Positions 26,555-38,615 of a stretch of 64,000 nucleotides of DNA are shown piece by piece. The DNA is from Octopus sinensis (lineage: Eukaryota): positions 45,136,001 to 45,200,000 of the forward strand of contig NC_042998.1 in the NCBI RefSeq assembly GCF_006345805.1, read 5' to 3'. How positions within the stretch are numbered: the stretch's first letter is position 1; each line of letters begins with the position of its first letter. The position numbers and the translations under genes were made by a program. The notes below the pieces were generated by a model. The model was not told the DNA's origin. It saw only the letters and a program-made list of their open reading frames with translations, and did not search any database.

Positions 26555-27295
26555 GTAAGTATTGATAATTAATAATGTATTCGTTTACTTGTTTCAGCAA
26601 TTTTGTATTATTGTTGGGTAGTGAATAAGTCCACTTCACAATCATGGCATCTTCAGTAAATATTTTCTATTATATATCCCTGGGATGACAAACACCTCAT
26701 GAGTGAAATTGGTTGATGGAAACTGCAGAAGCCCATCATATGTATATGTATATCAATTGTGAAGCACATTAGCTGTTTGTTAATGCTACTACATGAACAT
26801 TAACCTGAAGATTGTTATAAAAAATAAAAGTACTTGTAATATTGGAATATGTAAAACTGCAAAAAAGTATATATCTATTTATCTATGTACAATTTTACAA
26901 ACTCCACAATTTATACACACAAACACACACACACATATATATATATTTATATATATATATACACATATGTTACGTGATCACATGATCACATGATCGACCA
27001 GGCCATCAGATGTTGCTACACATCGCTGGTCACAATATGCTTCACATTGTTTTAGCCTTCAGTGACGCCATCCCGCTGACTAAGTGAGCAGGCCAACAGA
27101 CAAAAGAAAGAGTGAAAGAAAGCTGTGGTGAAAGAGTACAGCAGGGATCACCACCAGCCCCTGCCAGAGCCTCATGGAGCTTTAGGTGTTTTCGCTCAAT
27201 AAACACTTACAACGCCCAGTCTGGGAATCGAAACTGCAATCCTACGACCTCAAGTCCACTGCCCTAACCACTGGGCCATTGTGCCTCCACACACA

Positions 27296-27442
<147 letters not shown>

Positions 27443-27454
27443 ATATATATATAT

Positions 27455-27822
27455 CAAGGGCAGGTAAAATTCCCGAGATCCATGGACAAGTTCTCTCCAC
27501 CCGTCTTCGTCTCTCATCATCACTGAAATGTCTTGTGTCTCTCAGAGACCAGTGTGTGCCCTTAGGGCATTAACATATGTCATCCTCGGTCTCCCTCTTC
27601 TAGTGTGTCCATGTAGGGGATCCTACAGGAACACTGAGTGCAGTATCGAGTCTGAATGACAGTGAGCATGTCCAACTAATCTCAGTCTCTTCTGTGTTAT
27701 TTTCAAGTTAACTATTGGAAGGCTCTCATACAGCTCTGAGGTCTTCATCCTCAGTGTATACAGATTAATGTTCAGAGCCATCCTCGGCATTTTCATGTAG
27801 CACCCATCCACAAGAGTGGGTT
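27455..27822 (-). mobile_element. RTE-X-like LINE 3' fragment
   Basis: DGCYMKMPRMALNI..ELYESLP..RLRLVGH..HGHTRRGRPRMTYVN..DEDGWRELV. Confidence 0.85.
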
Positions 27823-28293
27823 CTACACACACACACACAGATATATATATATAATTAAATAATAAGGGTAGAAATTGATGTTAATCAATTAAAACCAGTG
27901 GCTTAGCATATTTAAAAAATCCAAAGATTAAAAATTGTGTTACATACAAAATTAAGAGGAATGACCACTAAAGTGGACACCCTATATGCTAAACATTGAT
28001 GTCAAATCACCATTACCATGAACAATGTGTTCTCAAGAAAAAAAAAACTTTTTTTTCTTGAGAACACATTCTTCGTGGTAATGGTGATTTGACATCTATG
28101 TTTAGCATATAGGGTGTCCACTTTAGTGGTCATTCCTCTTTATTTTGTGTGTGTATGTATATATAGTAAAGTAACAGTTTCCCATTGTCCAGACATGTTT
28201 TTAGATGATTTCAAGGAAGACTGGAAATGACACCACTTGTATGATAGTGATGTTTACTTACAATGTAAAAACAAGGAGGGACACACACACACA

Positions 28294-28334
<41 letters not shown>

Positions 28335-28649
28335 TACATACATACATACATACATACATACATACATACATACATACATACATACATACATACAAATGTA
28401 TAAAATAATATAATATAATACACTGAAAATTTTAAGGAGACTGACATTTTTAGCTGTGTGTTTGTAGTTCATAATTACAGAGAGCTTTATGTATATAACT
28501 ATGTGTCTAGATGCTGTTGAAAGAGTCTAGAGTTTGTCCTTCCCTGTACCCACGATGGTTAAACTGTCATAGTCTCAACTCTCAATCTCAGATTTCAAAT
28601 TTATTGCCAGACAAGTAACAAAATATATCTTTTTTTTTTTGTTTTGCAG

Positions 28650-28716
28650 GTTAGTTTGGTGGCAGCTTTGGATATCTACGAAGATGATGAACCTGAATTA
28701 TTACTCTGTTATAACC
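28650..28716 (+). CDS. GARNL3: GARNL3 exon 10: VSLVAALDIYEDDEPELLLCYN(H)
   Basis: ttgcag / gtaggt, 67 nt, phase 0 to 1. Confidence 0.95.
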
Positions 28717-28768
28717 GTAGGTTTCATGCTGTTGCTATGCAGCCATTGTTTATATTCTATCGTGTTTG

Positions 28769-29501
28769 CAGGGGTTCTCAACCATTTTTCTAATCTATGG
28801 ACCCCTTTGATTACTATCTTATTTTGGTGGACCCCCATAGCCATTCAATATTTAAAAATTAGTTTTATAGAAACTTCTTTCAAAATTCCTGTTTTGTTTT
28901 TCACATATTCACTTGTATAGGTTGAACTATGTAAAATGTGAGAGAAAAAAACCTAGCTGTTTTTTTGCAATACAGGAAGGAATTACAACTGTGTTTCTTG
29001 GTCTGCTACCACAACAGCTCCTTTATAGGATCCAGTTAGTTCAAGACATGATCAGGAGGAATCACGTCCGGTTTCGGCCCCTACTCCTCTACCATTTTGA
29101 CATTGCGGGGGCCCCCCTTTCGGAGGTGTCTTCAGCTCTGGTGTTGGGTGCATGTCTTCTTTCTTCTTTTTTCTGTTCCCTGGCCTCTTCGATGTATCAT
29201 CAGCGAGTGTCGGCCGGTGACTGACTGACTTGTCAAATTTTTCCCTTTAAATATCTGCCGCTAGGCTCCAGCAGACAGCCCCAGCAAGTTGTCACGTGAC
29301 ACTGTCTCACCTTAACTGACCAGTGAAGGCACGTAGTTTTAGCTCGTGCATTCTCTAAACGACCGTCACCTGTCAATCAATACATCTCAAGCGAAAAAAA
29401 TAGTATTGTGGATCCCCAGTTTACTATTTTGTTACATGGACTCCTCAAAATATCTTATATGAACCATCAGGGGCCATATGGGCCCTGATTGAGAATCACT
29501 G
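28769..29501. mobile_element. hAT/Charlie-like non-autonomous element
   Basis: TIRs caggggttctcaacc / gattgagaatcactg; 8-bp TSD not preserved. Confidence 0.65.
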
Positions 29502-30126
29502 AGCTAAAGAATCAGGTTGTTTGGAGAAGGCTCATTGCCCATTGTACTGACAGCACAAGAGGATTTAAAAACAAAGTGAGCTAAACAATTACATATTGTG
29601 TGTCAATTTAGACAGGTACATACACACATATACATAATTGGCTCTCCATCGGTTATGAAGACGAGTATTCCAGTTGATTCAGTCAACTGAAGAGCCTGCT
29701 TGTGAAATTAACATGCAAGGGGCTGAGCATTCCATAGACATGCATACCTATTTCTTTACTACCCACAGAGGGGACAAACAAGGACAGACACGGATTAAGC
29801 CGATTACATCGACCCCAGTGCATAACTGGGGTCGATGAGGAGGAGGGGGTGAGTGGGAGGAGGAGGGAGGAGAGGAGGAGGGAGGAGAGTAGGAGGGAGG
29901 AGAGTAGGAGGGAGGGGAGGAGTAGGAGTCCTGGGGTCAATTTGTCCAGCATGGACAAATGACTGAAACAAGTAAAAGAATAAAAGAATATATACACATA
30001 AATATATATACATATATATATATATATATGCATAAATATATATATGGATATATATATATGCATTAATATATATATATATTTCCGATTTTCTTTTTCTATG
30101 TTATGTGTTGTTTTTTTTTTCCATAG

Positions 30127-30207
30127 ATATCAGTCATTTTCAAAAACTCCGTGAAGAAACTGTTCAAGATATGTATTTTCAGTGGAACTCAGAACCTCAA
30201 ACAGTTG
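30127..30207 (+). CDS. GARNL3: GARNL3 exon 11: (H)ISHFQKLREETVQDMYFQWNSEPQTV
   Basis: ccatag / gtaaga, 81 nt, phase 1 to 1. Confidence 0.93.
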
Positions 30208-30707
30208 GTAAGATCAATTATAAATATACATGAATCTGTTGAATGTGCATGTGTATGTGCATATGTGTATGTGTGTACGTGTATATGTGTGTGTGTGTAC
30301 ATTTGGTGGTTTTACAAATGGGGAAAAGAAAACTCGACATCTAAATTTACCATAGTTGAGTATATGAAAGGCATTATTCAGAAGGCCAAACACTTATTGA
30401 AATGTTTGAAAAATGCTATGGAATGTGACTCTAAGCCTCTGAGTAACTCTTATAGTATTCCTGCTAATATATATATGCGCGTACGAGTGCCTGCATGCGT
30501 ATGTGCGTGTATGCATGCATGTGTGTGTATGTGTGTGTGCGCACGTGTGTGTGTGTTTAATTAACATAAATATATAGATTCTAATTCAAATAATGTACAG
30601 AGTGTACACAGAAATTTTACTCCTAATTATTATGATTTCACTTATTTCGTAATATCGTAATTTTGTGTTGTAAATTTTTTTTTTTCTTTTTCTTGCTTTC
30701 CTTCCAG

Positions 30708-30826
30708 TTTGTGCCTTTCCTTACGTAATGGCTTTCACCCAAGAATCTATTGAAATTCGTCTCATTATCAATGGCAACTTAGTACATACCATGTCAATGC
30801 CTGACCTCATGCTTGTTGCATCGAAA
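30708..30826 (+). CDS. GARNL3: GARNL3 exon 12: (V)CAFPYVMAFTQESIEIRLIINGNLVHTMSMPDLMLVASK
   Basis: ttccag / gtaagt, 119 nt, phase 1 to 0; strongly conserved CNH segment. Confidence 0.97.
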
Positions 30827-31501
30827 GTAAGTAGAACATTTGGTACCATTCTATGATGGACTCTCCTGTCAAAGACAACATATGAGTGTTCAGTTTTTGT
30901 TGAACAACCTGCACAAAGGATTCGTTTATAGTAATCAAATGTATGTGCCATACATTAGCTCGCTCCCTTTAGCAAATCAACATTGCCTGAACAGGTGCAT
31001 GGTACACCACAGTAAATTATTGCATGGGTCTAAGTATATAGGTACAGGCATGACTATGTGGTAAAGAAGATTACTTACCAACCACATGGTACCAGTGTTT
31101 CACTGGTACTTAACTTATCAACCCCCAAATTATTATTAAGGCGATGAACAGGCAGAATCATTAGTATGCTGGATGAAATATCAACCTCAGCAAAACTTGA
31201 ACGTAATGACAGGCAAAATACGTTAAGCATTCATCCAGCATACTAATGATTCTGGCAGCTTGCAGCCTTAATAATAATAATAACATAAGCACAAGCACAA
31301 GGCCTGAAATTTTGAGGAGAGGGGCCAGTCTATTAGATTGACACCAGTATGCATCTGGTACTTAATTTATCAGCCCCAAAGGGATGAAAGGTAAAGTCGA
31401 CCTCAGTAGAATTTGAACTCAAAATGTAGCAACAGGCAAAATACTGCTATGCATTTCGTCAATCATGCTAACAATTCTGCCAGCTCACCACCTTAACAAT
31501 A

Positions 31502-31534
<33 letters not shown>

Positions 31535-31737
31535 TCAAATTTTTTCCACAAGGGCAGCTTGGGGGAGGTGGGGATGAGTCGATTATATACTTAATTTATT
31601 GACCCCGAAGGATGCAAGGCAAAATAAACCTTCGCAGAATTTGAACTCAGAACTTAGCAACAAGCAAAACACCGCTAAGCATTTCGTCCAGAATGCTAAC
31701 GATTCTGCCAGCTTGCCACCTTAATAATAATAATAGC

Positions 31738-31769
<32 letters not shown>

Positions 31770-32667
31770 CAATAATAATGTGTGTATATCCATACACACA
31801 CACACATGCACGCACACACACGCACACACACACCAGTAAGATTATCTTAAATCAATGTTTTCCATGCTTGAATTTGCTGGGCAAGTCTTGTTAAGCACAT
31901 GACATCACCACCACTTATTGCAGCCACTCTTCACCTCCTTCATGAAATTCAATATCACGAGATCGACCATAAACACATCATCCCACCACTCAACATTTTT
32001 TCCCTTGCCCTTCCTCTTCAGTAAGTTCCATCGATTTCAATAATGAAAGCTACTATATAGGCGTAGGAGTGGCTGTGTGGTAAGTAGCTTGCTCACCAAC
32101 CAACTGAATCCGGGTTCAGTCCCACTGCATGGCACCTTCGGCAAGTGTCTTCTACTATAGCCTCAGGCCGACCAAAGCCTTGTGAGTGGATTTGGTAGTC
32201 GGAAACTGAAAGAAGCCCATTGTATATATGTATATGTATATATGTATGTGTGTGTATATATTTGTGTGTCTGTGTTTGTCCCCCCAACATTGCTTGAAAA
32301 CCAATGCTGGTGTGTTTAGGTCCCCGTAACTTAGCGGTTCGGCAAAAGAGACTGACAGAATAAGTTCTAGGCTTACAAAGAATAAGTCCTGGGGTCGATT
32401 TGCTCGACTCAAGGCGATGCTCCAGCATGGCCACAGTCAAATGACTGAAACAAGTAAGAGTAAAAGAGTAAAGAGAGTACTTAAAAAGAAATACAAGTTT
32501 GCACTATTTCACCCAACTACCATCCTTCATATGCATCACATCTATATACCAATGCAGTCTTTTCCTCTACATATATTATTATATCTGATTACTCTTATGC
32601 CCAGTTGTTCTCTTAGTACATGTGCTCCGTCATTCAAGTCCATTAAAATTACACATCCGGCTGTGAA

Positions 32668-33762
32668 TATTAGTTTGTCCAAAAGGATCTGCTTTTGAGT
32701 TTTTTAAGCAAAAATAAGACACAAGTTTTAAACACTAAGCAATTTATTCAATCAATGATATAATCATTGTTTCATTCCAGTATCTTCTGAAATGTATCTT
32801 CCATTATTCCCTATGTTTACTGGTGAAAAAATCTCTTCTGGGTGAACTTTTACATCCTCTTCAGAGTTGAAGGTCTGTCTTTTCAATGAATTTTGAAAAG
32901 ATCAGAACAGATGGAAATCTGAAGGCACAAAGTCAGACAAATATGGAGGATGCAGCAAATTTTCCTAACCAAACCTCAGTAATTTCAGCTTCATCTACAA
33001 AGAAGTGTACAATCTAGCATTGTTGTGATATCCTATTTCATAGCCCTCTCTGTGGAAAAGACAACACCCACCCTTCCAATCCCACTGAATTGAAAACAAC
33101 CTTCTTTGGATGAAGTTCTACTTTAGAGGTTGTTTGTGGGGATTAGCAGAGTTTCCTCCTTGACCATCAGCACTTCACATTGTTACAAACGATTCATTTT
33201 TTTCATTCCCTCTCACCATTCCCTTAAAAAAAAGGATAATTTCTTCACATTTCTACAATGAATCACAGATGGAAATCCTTTGAGCAAGGTTAGCCCCAAT
33301 CAATTCATGTGGAACCCAAACATCAAGCCTGCTGATATAACCAGACTAGCTCCTTCAGTTTTGTCACTGTTGGTTTCAGTTGGCCAACCAGAGCAAAGTG
33401 CATCTTGAACTGCAAAATTTCCTGATCGAAATTTAAAAAAACACTTTTGACACATATTCCATGACAACATCTTCTCCATACATTGCACATATCTTTCTGC
33501 AGGTTTCTGCTGTTTTCTTGCCTTTTAGAAATAAAAAAAGCATGAGGTGTTGATAATGTTCATTTTGGTTCTCCATTTTTGGTGTGATCCCAAACACACA
33601 GAATACAGCCTCTCTCATCGCAAGTTCATGTTAAACTTAGTCAAAGTGTCAAGTATCTAATGAGTGCACATGCAGAAGAAACACACTGTACGTAGCTACT
33701 TATTAGAGTGCTTGAGGTTTAGTGTTGAGAAAAACCAGACCAACTTTTTGGCCAATCCAATA
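32668..33762 (-). mobile_element. Decayed mariner (DD34D-type) transposon
   Basis: TIRs tattagtttgtccaaaa / tttttggccaatccaata; MENQNEHYQHLMLFLFLKGKKTAETCRKICAMYGE..KFRSGNF. Confidence 0.88.
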
Positions 33763-34955
33763 CTTCTCTCTAGCCTTCATACATTATTCACACTTAGAGA
33801 ATATGTTTTGCTACCATACAATACATTTCATATATAAGCATCGCATAATCTACCCTTCACTCAGAGAGCAAATTCCTTTGTTATTAACAATGCTAATAGC
33901 TTCCTTGATTTTTTCCATCTTGTTCATATTTTATATACTATGTTTTCAGTTTTCAGAATATACTTCTTAACTGTTAGTTATAAAATAAGCTATCACTTAC
34001 TTCCAGAGAGCCTTCTGTGCAGTAGACAGAATATTTATTTCCTAATCTTTTACAGCAAACTATCTCAGTACAACAATTACACTGTGATGATAGCAACATA
34101 AAACAAGTGTAAAATAAACCTAGTAAAATAAAGATTATTGCAGTGTAAAAATCATGATTGGGTCATAAAACCTATATATAAAGAGAGGTAATAATAATAT
34201 AAAACACATATATAGCACAGTATTTTTTGTTTTATTCTTTTAGCTATATCACTGACACACTATTCCAGTGAGAGTAGAGCAGGCAACGACCGGGTCATAG
34301 ATGTGTTATGAAAGATTTTGATATTTTACACTATAAAGTAGAATCACAAAATAAAGCAAAGTAGTTTGTTCTAAGTGACTGTTATGACACTGCTGTAATG
34401 CAGTTTAAGTTTCAACACATGATCTCAAATTAAGCCAATGGCCTATTATGGCCGTTCCTTGATTGTGATGTTGAACTTATAAATGGTCTATGACTATTTA
34501 ATTTTTTCCCACTAGGCCGCTGGTGACAAAAAAAAATTCTACAAAATTTTTTTGCCACCCTATATTGATTAATTATGAATTTTCTGGTTGATTCCGTAAT
34601 GGAATCGGCGGCTTATATTTATTTGCTGCCGATAAATTTGGCGCGAGTGCGATGATTTGAAAATTTTAGGTCAGATATTGCCAAGGCAGGGACAGAAGTG
34701 CCTCGTGAAAATATCTGTTCCGATCTGGCTATTTCTTACTGACGAATCTAAGGGCCTATGGAAGATTGGCTTGATTTAATTTAATCAGGTTAGTTTACCA
34801 TTAAACAGTAGATGAAACGGTGCATCATATAAGAAATTACAGGGTAAACGTTTTTTTAATTTTCTCCTGGTTTGCGGAATTAATGTTATTTTGCGGTTGA
34901 AGCTTTGGCTGTTATTTCTAGTGGGTGAATGGCCTATTATGGCCGTTCCTTGATT

Positions 34956-34992
<37 letters not shown>

Positions 34993-35289
34993 TTTTATAT
35001 TAAAGCTACAAAAACATCACAAAAACTGTAACTCAGAGTTCCACATTCCTGTTCGTTGGACAATTATGAAACTCTGAGTAACAGTTTTTGTAATGTTTTT
35101 GAAGCTTTACTAAAAAAGCATATTACTCTACCCTCGGTATTCGAGTACTATTTTTTCCACCTTGTTTTGCATTTATTTGCTTACTCGTGTGTGTGTATGG
35201 GTGTATATATATGCACATACACACACACACATACACACACACACATACACTTATGACAAGAATTCTGTTTATTTATTTGTCTCTTTCAG

Positions 35290-35380
35290 AGTGACATTTA
35301 TTTCATTTCCTCGGCATACTCGGGAATCAGTGAACGAAAAAAAGAAGACACATCACTGTCCCCACCACCATCTCCCTCAG
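35290..35380 (+). CDS. GARNL3: GARNL3 exon 13: SDIYFISSAYSGISERKKEDTSLSPPPSPS(G)
   Basis: tttcag / gtaaaa, 91 nt, phase 0 to 1. Confidence 0.92.
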
Positions 35381-35449
35381 GTAAAAGTACAGATGAATCT
35401 TGTTTTTCTTTTCTTCTTTTTCTTCAAAAAGCTTCCATTTATTTATACA

Positions 35450-35483
<34 letters not shown>

Positions 35484-36008
35484 GGGCATTACTATACATA
35501 AATGCCTCACGCTAGGAGGGAGTCTTAAAGTCAAAACTACCATAATAGCATGAAGAATTTATGTATAGTTATGCCCTTAATATAAATAAATAAATTTAAA
35601 GGGAATAATTAATAAACTATTCCCTTATGAGGTTTTTCACGTTAACCACTTGATAAATTCTTATAAAAATTTTATCTTATTTTTAAATTATATATATATA
35701 TATATATATATATAGCTTTGGATCAAAGATGCAGTCTATAGCAGAAGTAAAACTCTTTACTCACATTAAAATTTTAAACTGCATGCTGATAAAACTTCTT
35801 AAAATACATATGAAAAAAATAGTGGTTTAATAAGCTTTAAGATGAAAACAATAATTTTTTTTTTCAAATCATTATCTTTATCAACTTTAATAGATGTTCA
35901 AGTTAAATTTGATAGTTTGCATAAAAGGAAAAGAAAAAACAATATGCCATCCAAAAATAAAAGTATTTTTTTAAAAATCAAAAAATATCAACTAAATTAT
36001 GGCTAATT

Positions 36009-36455
36009 ATGGATAATAACAGTTTACTCAAAGTAAACAACAAAACTATGATGGTCTTTGGGTGTGTCTCCAGTGAAAATGATATCTGTCACCTTTCATC
36101 CTTAAGACTATGGTCAAATCCTGAAAGAAAGCTATATATGTGGCAGCAGATTTGGTCCCTTGCTAAACATCTGGAAAGAGTCAGAAGTGGTTGTCAGAGA
36201 ATTTCTATGACTTCCACCAACTTCAATTTCTGGCCTCCTTATTCTCCTGATACTAATCCCATGGGATTACTATGTGTGAGTCAAGTTGAGAAAGACACCA
36301 ACTGCTCTATCTGCAACATCAAAGTCAAACTGATGGTCAAGATCAAAGAGGTATTTGAAAATCTTCCTGGGGACATAGTGAAGAATGCATATGACAGGTT
36401 CTGGGGCTGTCTTGAGGCCATGGAAGAAACATTCTCGATCCCATTCAAATTCTAG
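36009..36455 (+). mobile_element. Second decayed DD37D-family transposase fragment
   Basis: MVFGCVSSE..WQQ..FWPPYSPDTNPM..VEKDTN, same family as 18594-19483. Confidence 0.8.
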
Positions 36456-36992
36456 CTCAGTTAATTGACTGACAAAGATCCATTCTCCAATACACTACTG
36501 GAATGTCTAGCTAGACAAATGGCCTAAAAAAAGCTGATAACTCTGCAGCACATCATTGGAGAATGTTACTGGCTTCAGTTTCTGTCCCACAGACATGCCA
36601 TCTTCTTGCTCTCCCTGTTATATCACTGCTATAATATCCACTGCTCCTCCAAAGTAGTAAGTATCATAGCCTACACATTTCTTCTCTTTTCCTTGCCCCT
36701 ACTACGACTCACTGCACAAGCTTAAAATGAGCCATGATAGTTAATCCTTCGTATTCAAAACATCATATCTCTGGAATTTCCTCCCCAATCCTGTTTTTCC
36801 TGTATTTGATGGCTAACATATTTTCAATGTGAATATAAATCACATCAATCTCACATGTCTTGATTGACATAACCATTCTTTCTGACTAAGCAATGTATAA
36901 TAACTTATTATAGATACATATATCCTCATGTTTGTTTGTTTCTTTTTCTTTTTCCCTGTTTTTCTGGGTTTTTTAAAATTAATTATATATAT

Positions 36993-37861
36993 ATAGGGTC
37001 ATCCCATAAATAATGTGGTTTTTTATACATTTTTGTTTTCAAAGTTAAGATAAACAAAGTTCTTTTTTAATCTAATGCATTTTCTACAAAGCTCTTCCAT
37101 CTATCTGGTAGACTTGCAAGGCCCCACTTCCAAAATTCACTTGTCCATGACAGAATTCATATTTTTTCAGTCCAAATGATTTTGAAGACTGTAGAATAAA
37201 TGATAATCGGATGGGGCAATGTCCAGCAAATTTGGTGGGTGGAGTAGCATTTCCCACTCAAACTGCTCCAGCCTTTGGAATGTCATCCTCACAGTATGTG
37301 GCTAAGCATTATCCTGATGAAAGAACACTTTTCAGCTTGAAACTTAAGATGGTCATTTTTTCTCCCAGCACTGACTTTTATTAACTGGTTGAATGACCAA
37401 ATCCAAGCTTCTCTGCTAGCTTCTCAACAGTTATGATGGGATTTTGTTCCACCAAGGTTTGCAGGATGTCCCTTTTGAACTCAACAGATCTTCCAGGATG
37501 AGGCTTGTCTTCTAGGCTGTAGTTTCCAGCTTGGAATTTCTGGAACCACCATTGACACTGGCTTATGCTTATTGTTCAATCTCCATATACTGCTTAATAT
37601 TCCTTGCACTTTCTGTTGCGTTGCTGCCTTTATTGAACTCATAAAGCAAAATATGCCAAATATGCTCCTTTGTCACTTCCATTATAGCTTTGAAAGAATA
37701 ACTGTTAAAATTTAACTGCACACTTCAAAATTTGCACTAAGAATAAAGACAAGATAAAATTACTACCTGCTTTTATAGCAAGTTGATGCAAGTAGTTTAT
37801 CCTATCCCCCTCTGACCTTTAGTTCATGCAATCGAAAAAACCACATTATTTCTGGGATTGC

Positions 37862-37867
<6 letters not shown>
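36993..37867 (-). mobile_element. Decayed mariner transposon
   Basis: TIRs tagggtcatcccataaataatgtggttttt / aaaaaccacattatttctgggattgcccaata; MEVTKEHIWHILLYEFNKG..., HQDNA.PH..HPP..DIAPSDYHLF. Confidence 0.9.
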
Positions 37868-37951
<84 letters not shown>

Positions 37952-38552
37952 GCTTGTATGTACATATGACTATATGTATACATGCATATGTATGCATATA
38001 AGCATCCATGTATGTATACATACAAATGCAAATATAAATATATATTTCACTGTACTTTTTAACAGAAAATATACATATATATGTATAAAATTTTTATTTT
38101 ACATACAAGCAAGCTTTAATGATTGAAAAAGATATTACATCTTGGTTGTGTCAATTTTTTGCAATTTAAAATATAAATGCCATCATTTTCTTTCTTCATC
38201 AAACTTAAACACTAATTACATTAACGTCTTCTGCCAAAGTAACAAGCTGAAAAGGGCATAGATAAACAAGATCCCCAGGTTACAAACAACTAAAGATGTA
38301 ACAGGCAGGTTTCAAATCATTAAATAAGTTGACATATTAGAAGCAGATAAACTATGAAACAAGTAACATTTACATTTCATTCAGATATTAAAATCAGTAA
38401 TTATTTATAATGTGCTTGATGTATTTAGCATTTAATTTTTAATTATTTTAATAACTGGCATTTGTTTATCTCATTTTCATATTAAGAAATTCTATTTGCT
38501 GCAAGTTTTCATTTTAAAGCCTTTTTCTTTTTTTTATTCTTTCTTATTCAAG

Positions 38553-38615
38553 GTCATTTCCTCGGTCACAGAAGTCCTATTCATGGTGGTGCTTTCCATT
38601 TTCCAGTACCACACG
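38553..38615 (+). CDS. GARNL3: GARNL3 exon 14 (symmetric, possibly a cassette): (G)HFLGHRSPIHGGAFHFPVPH
   Basis: Pyrimidine tract plus caag / gtaagc, 63 nt, phase 1 to 1, stop-free. Supported by splice signals, not recalled homology. Confidence 0.75.

Noticed and set aside
30721-30951. Minus-strand 76-aa ORF
   Set aside because: Antisense shadow of conserved exon 12.
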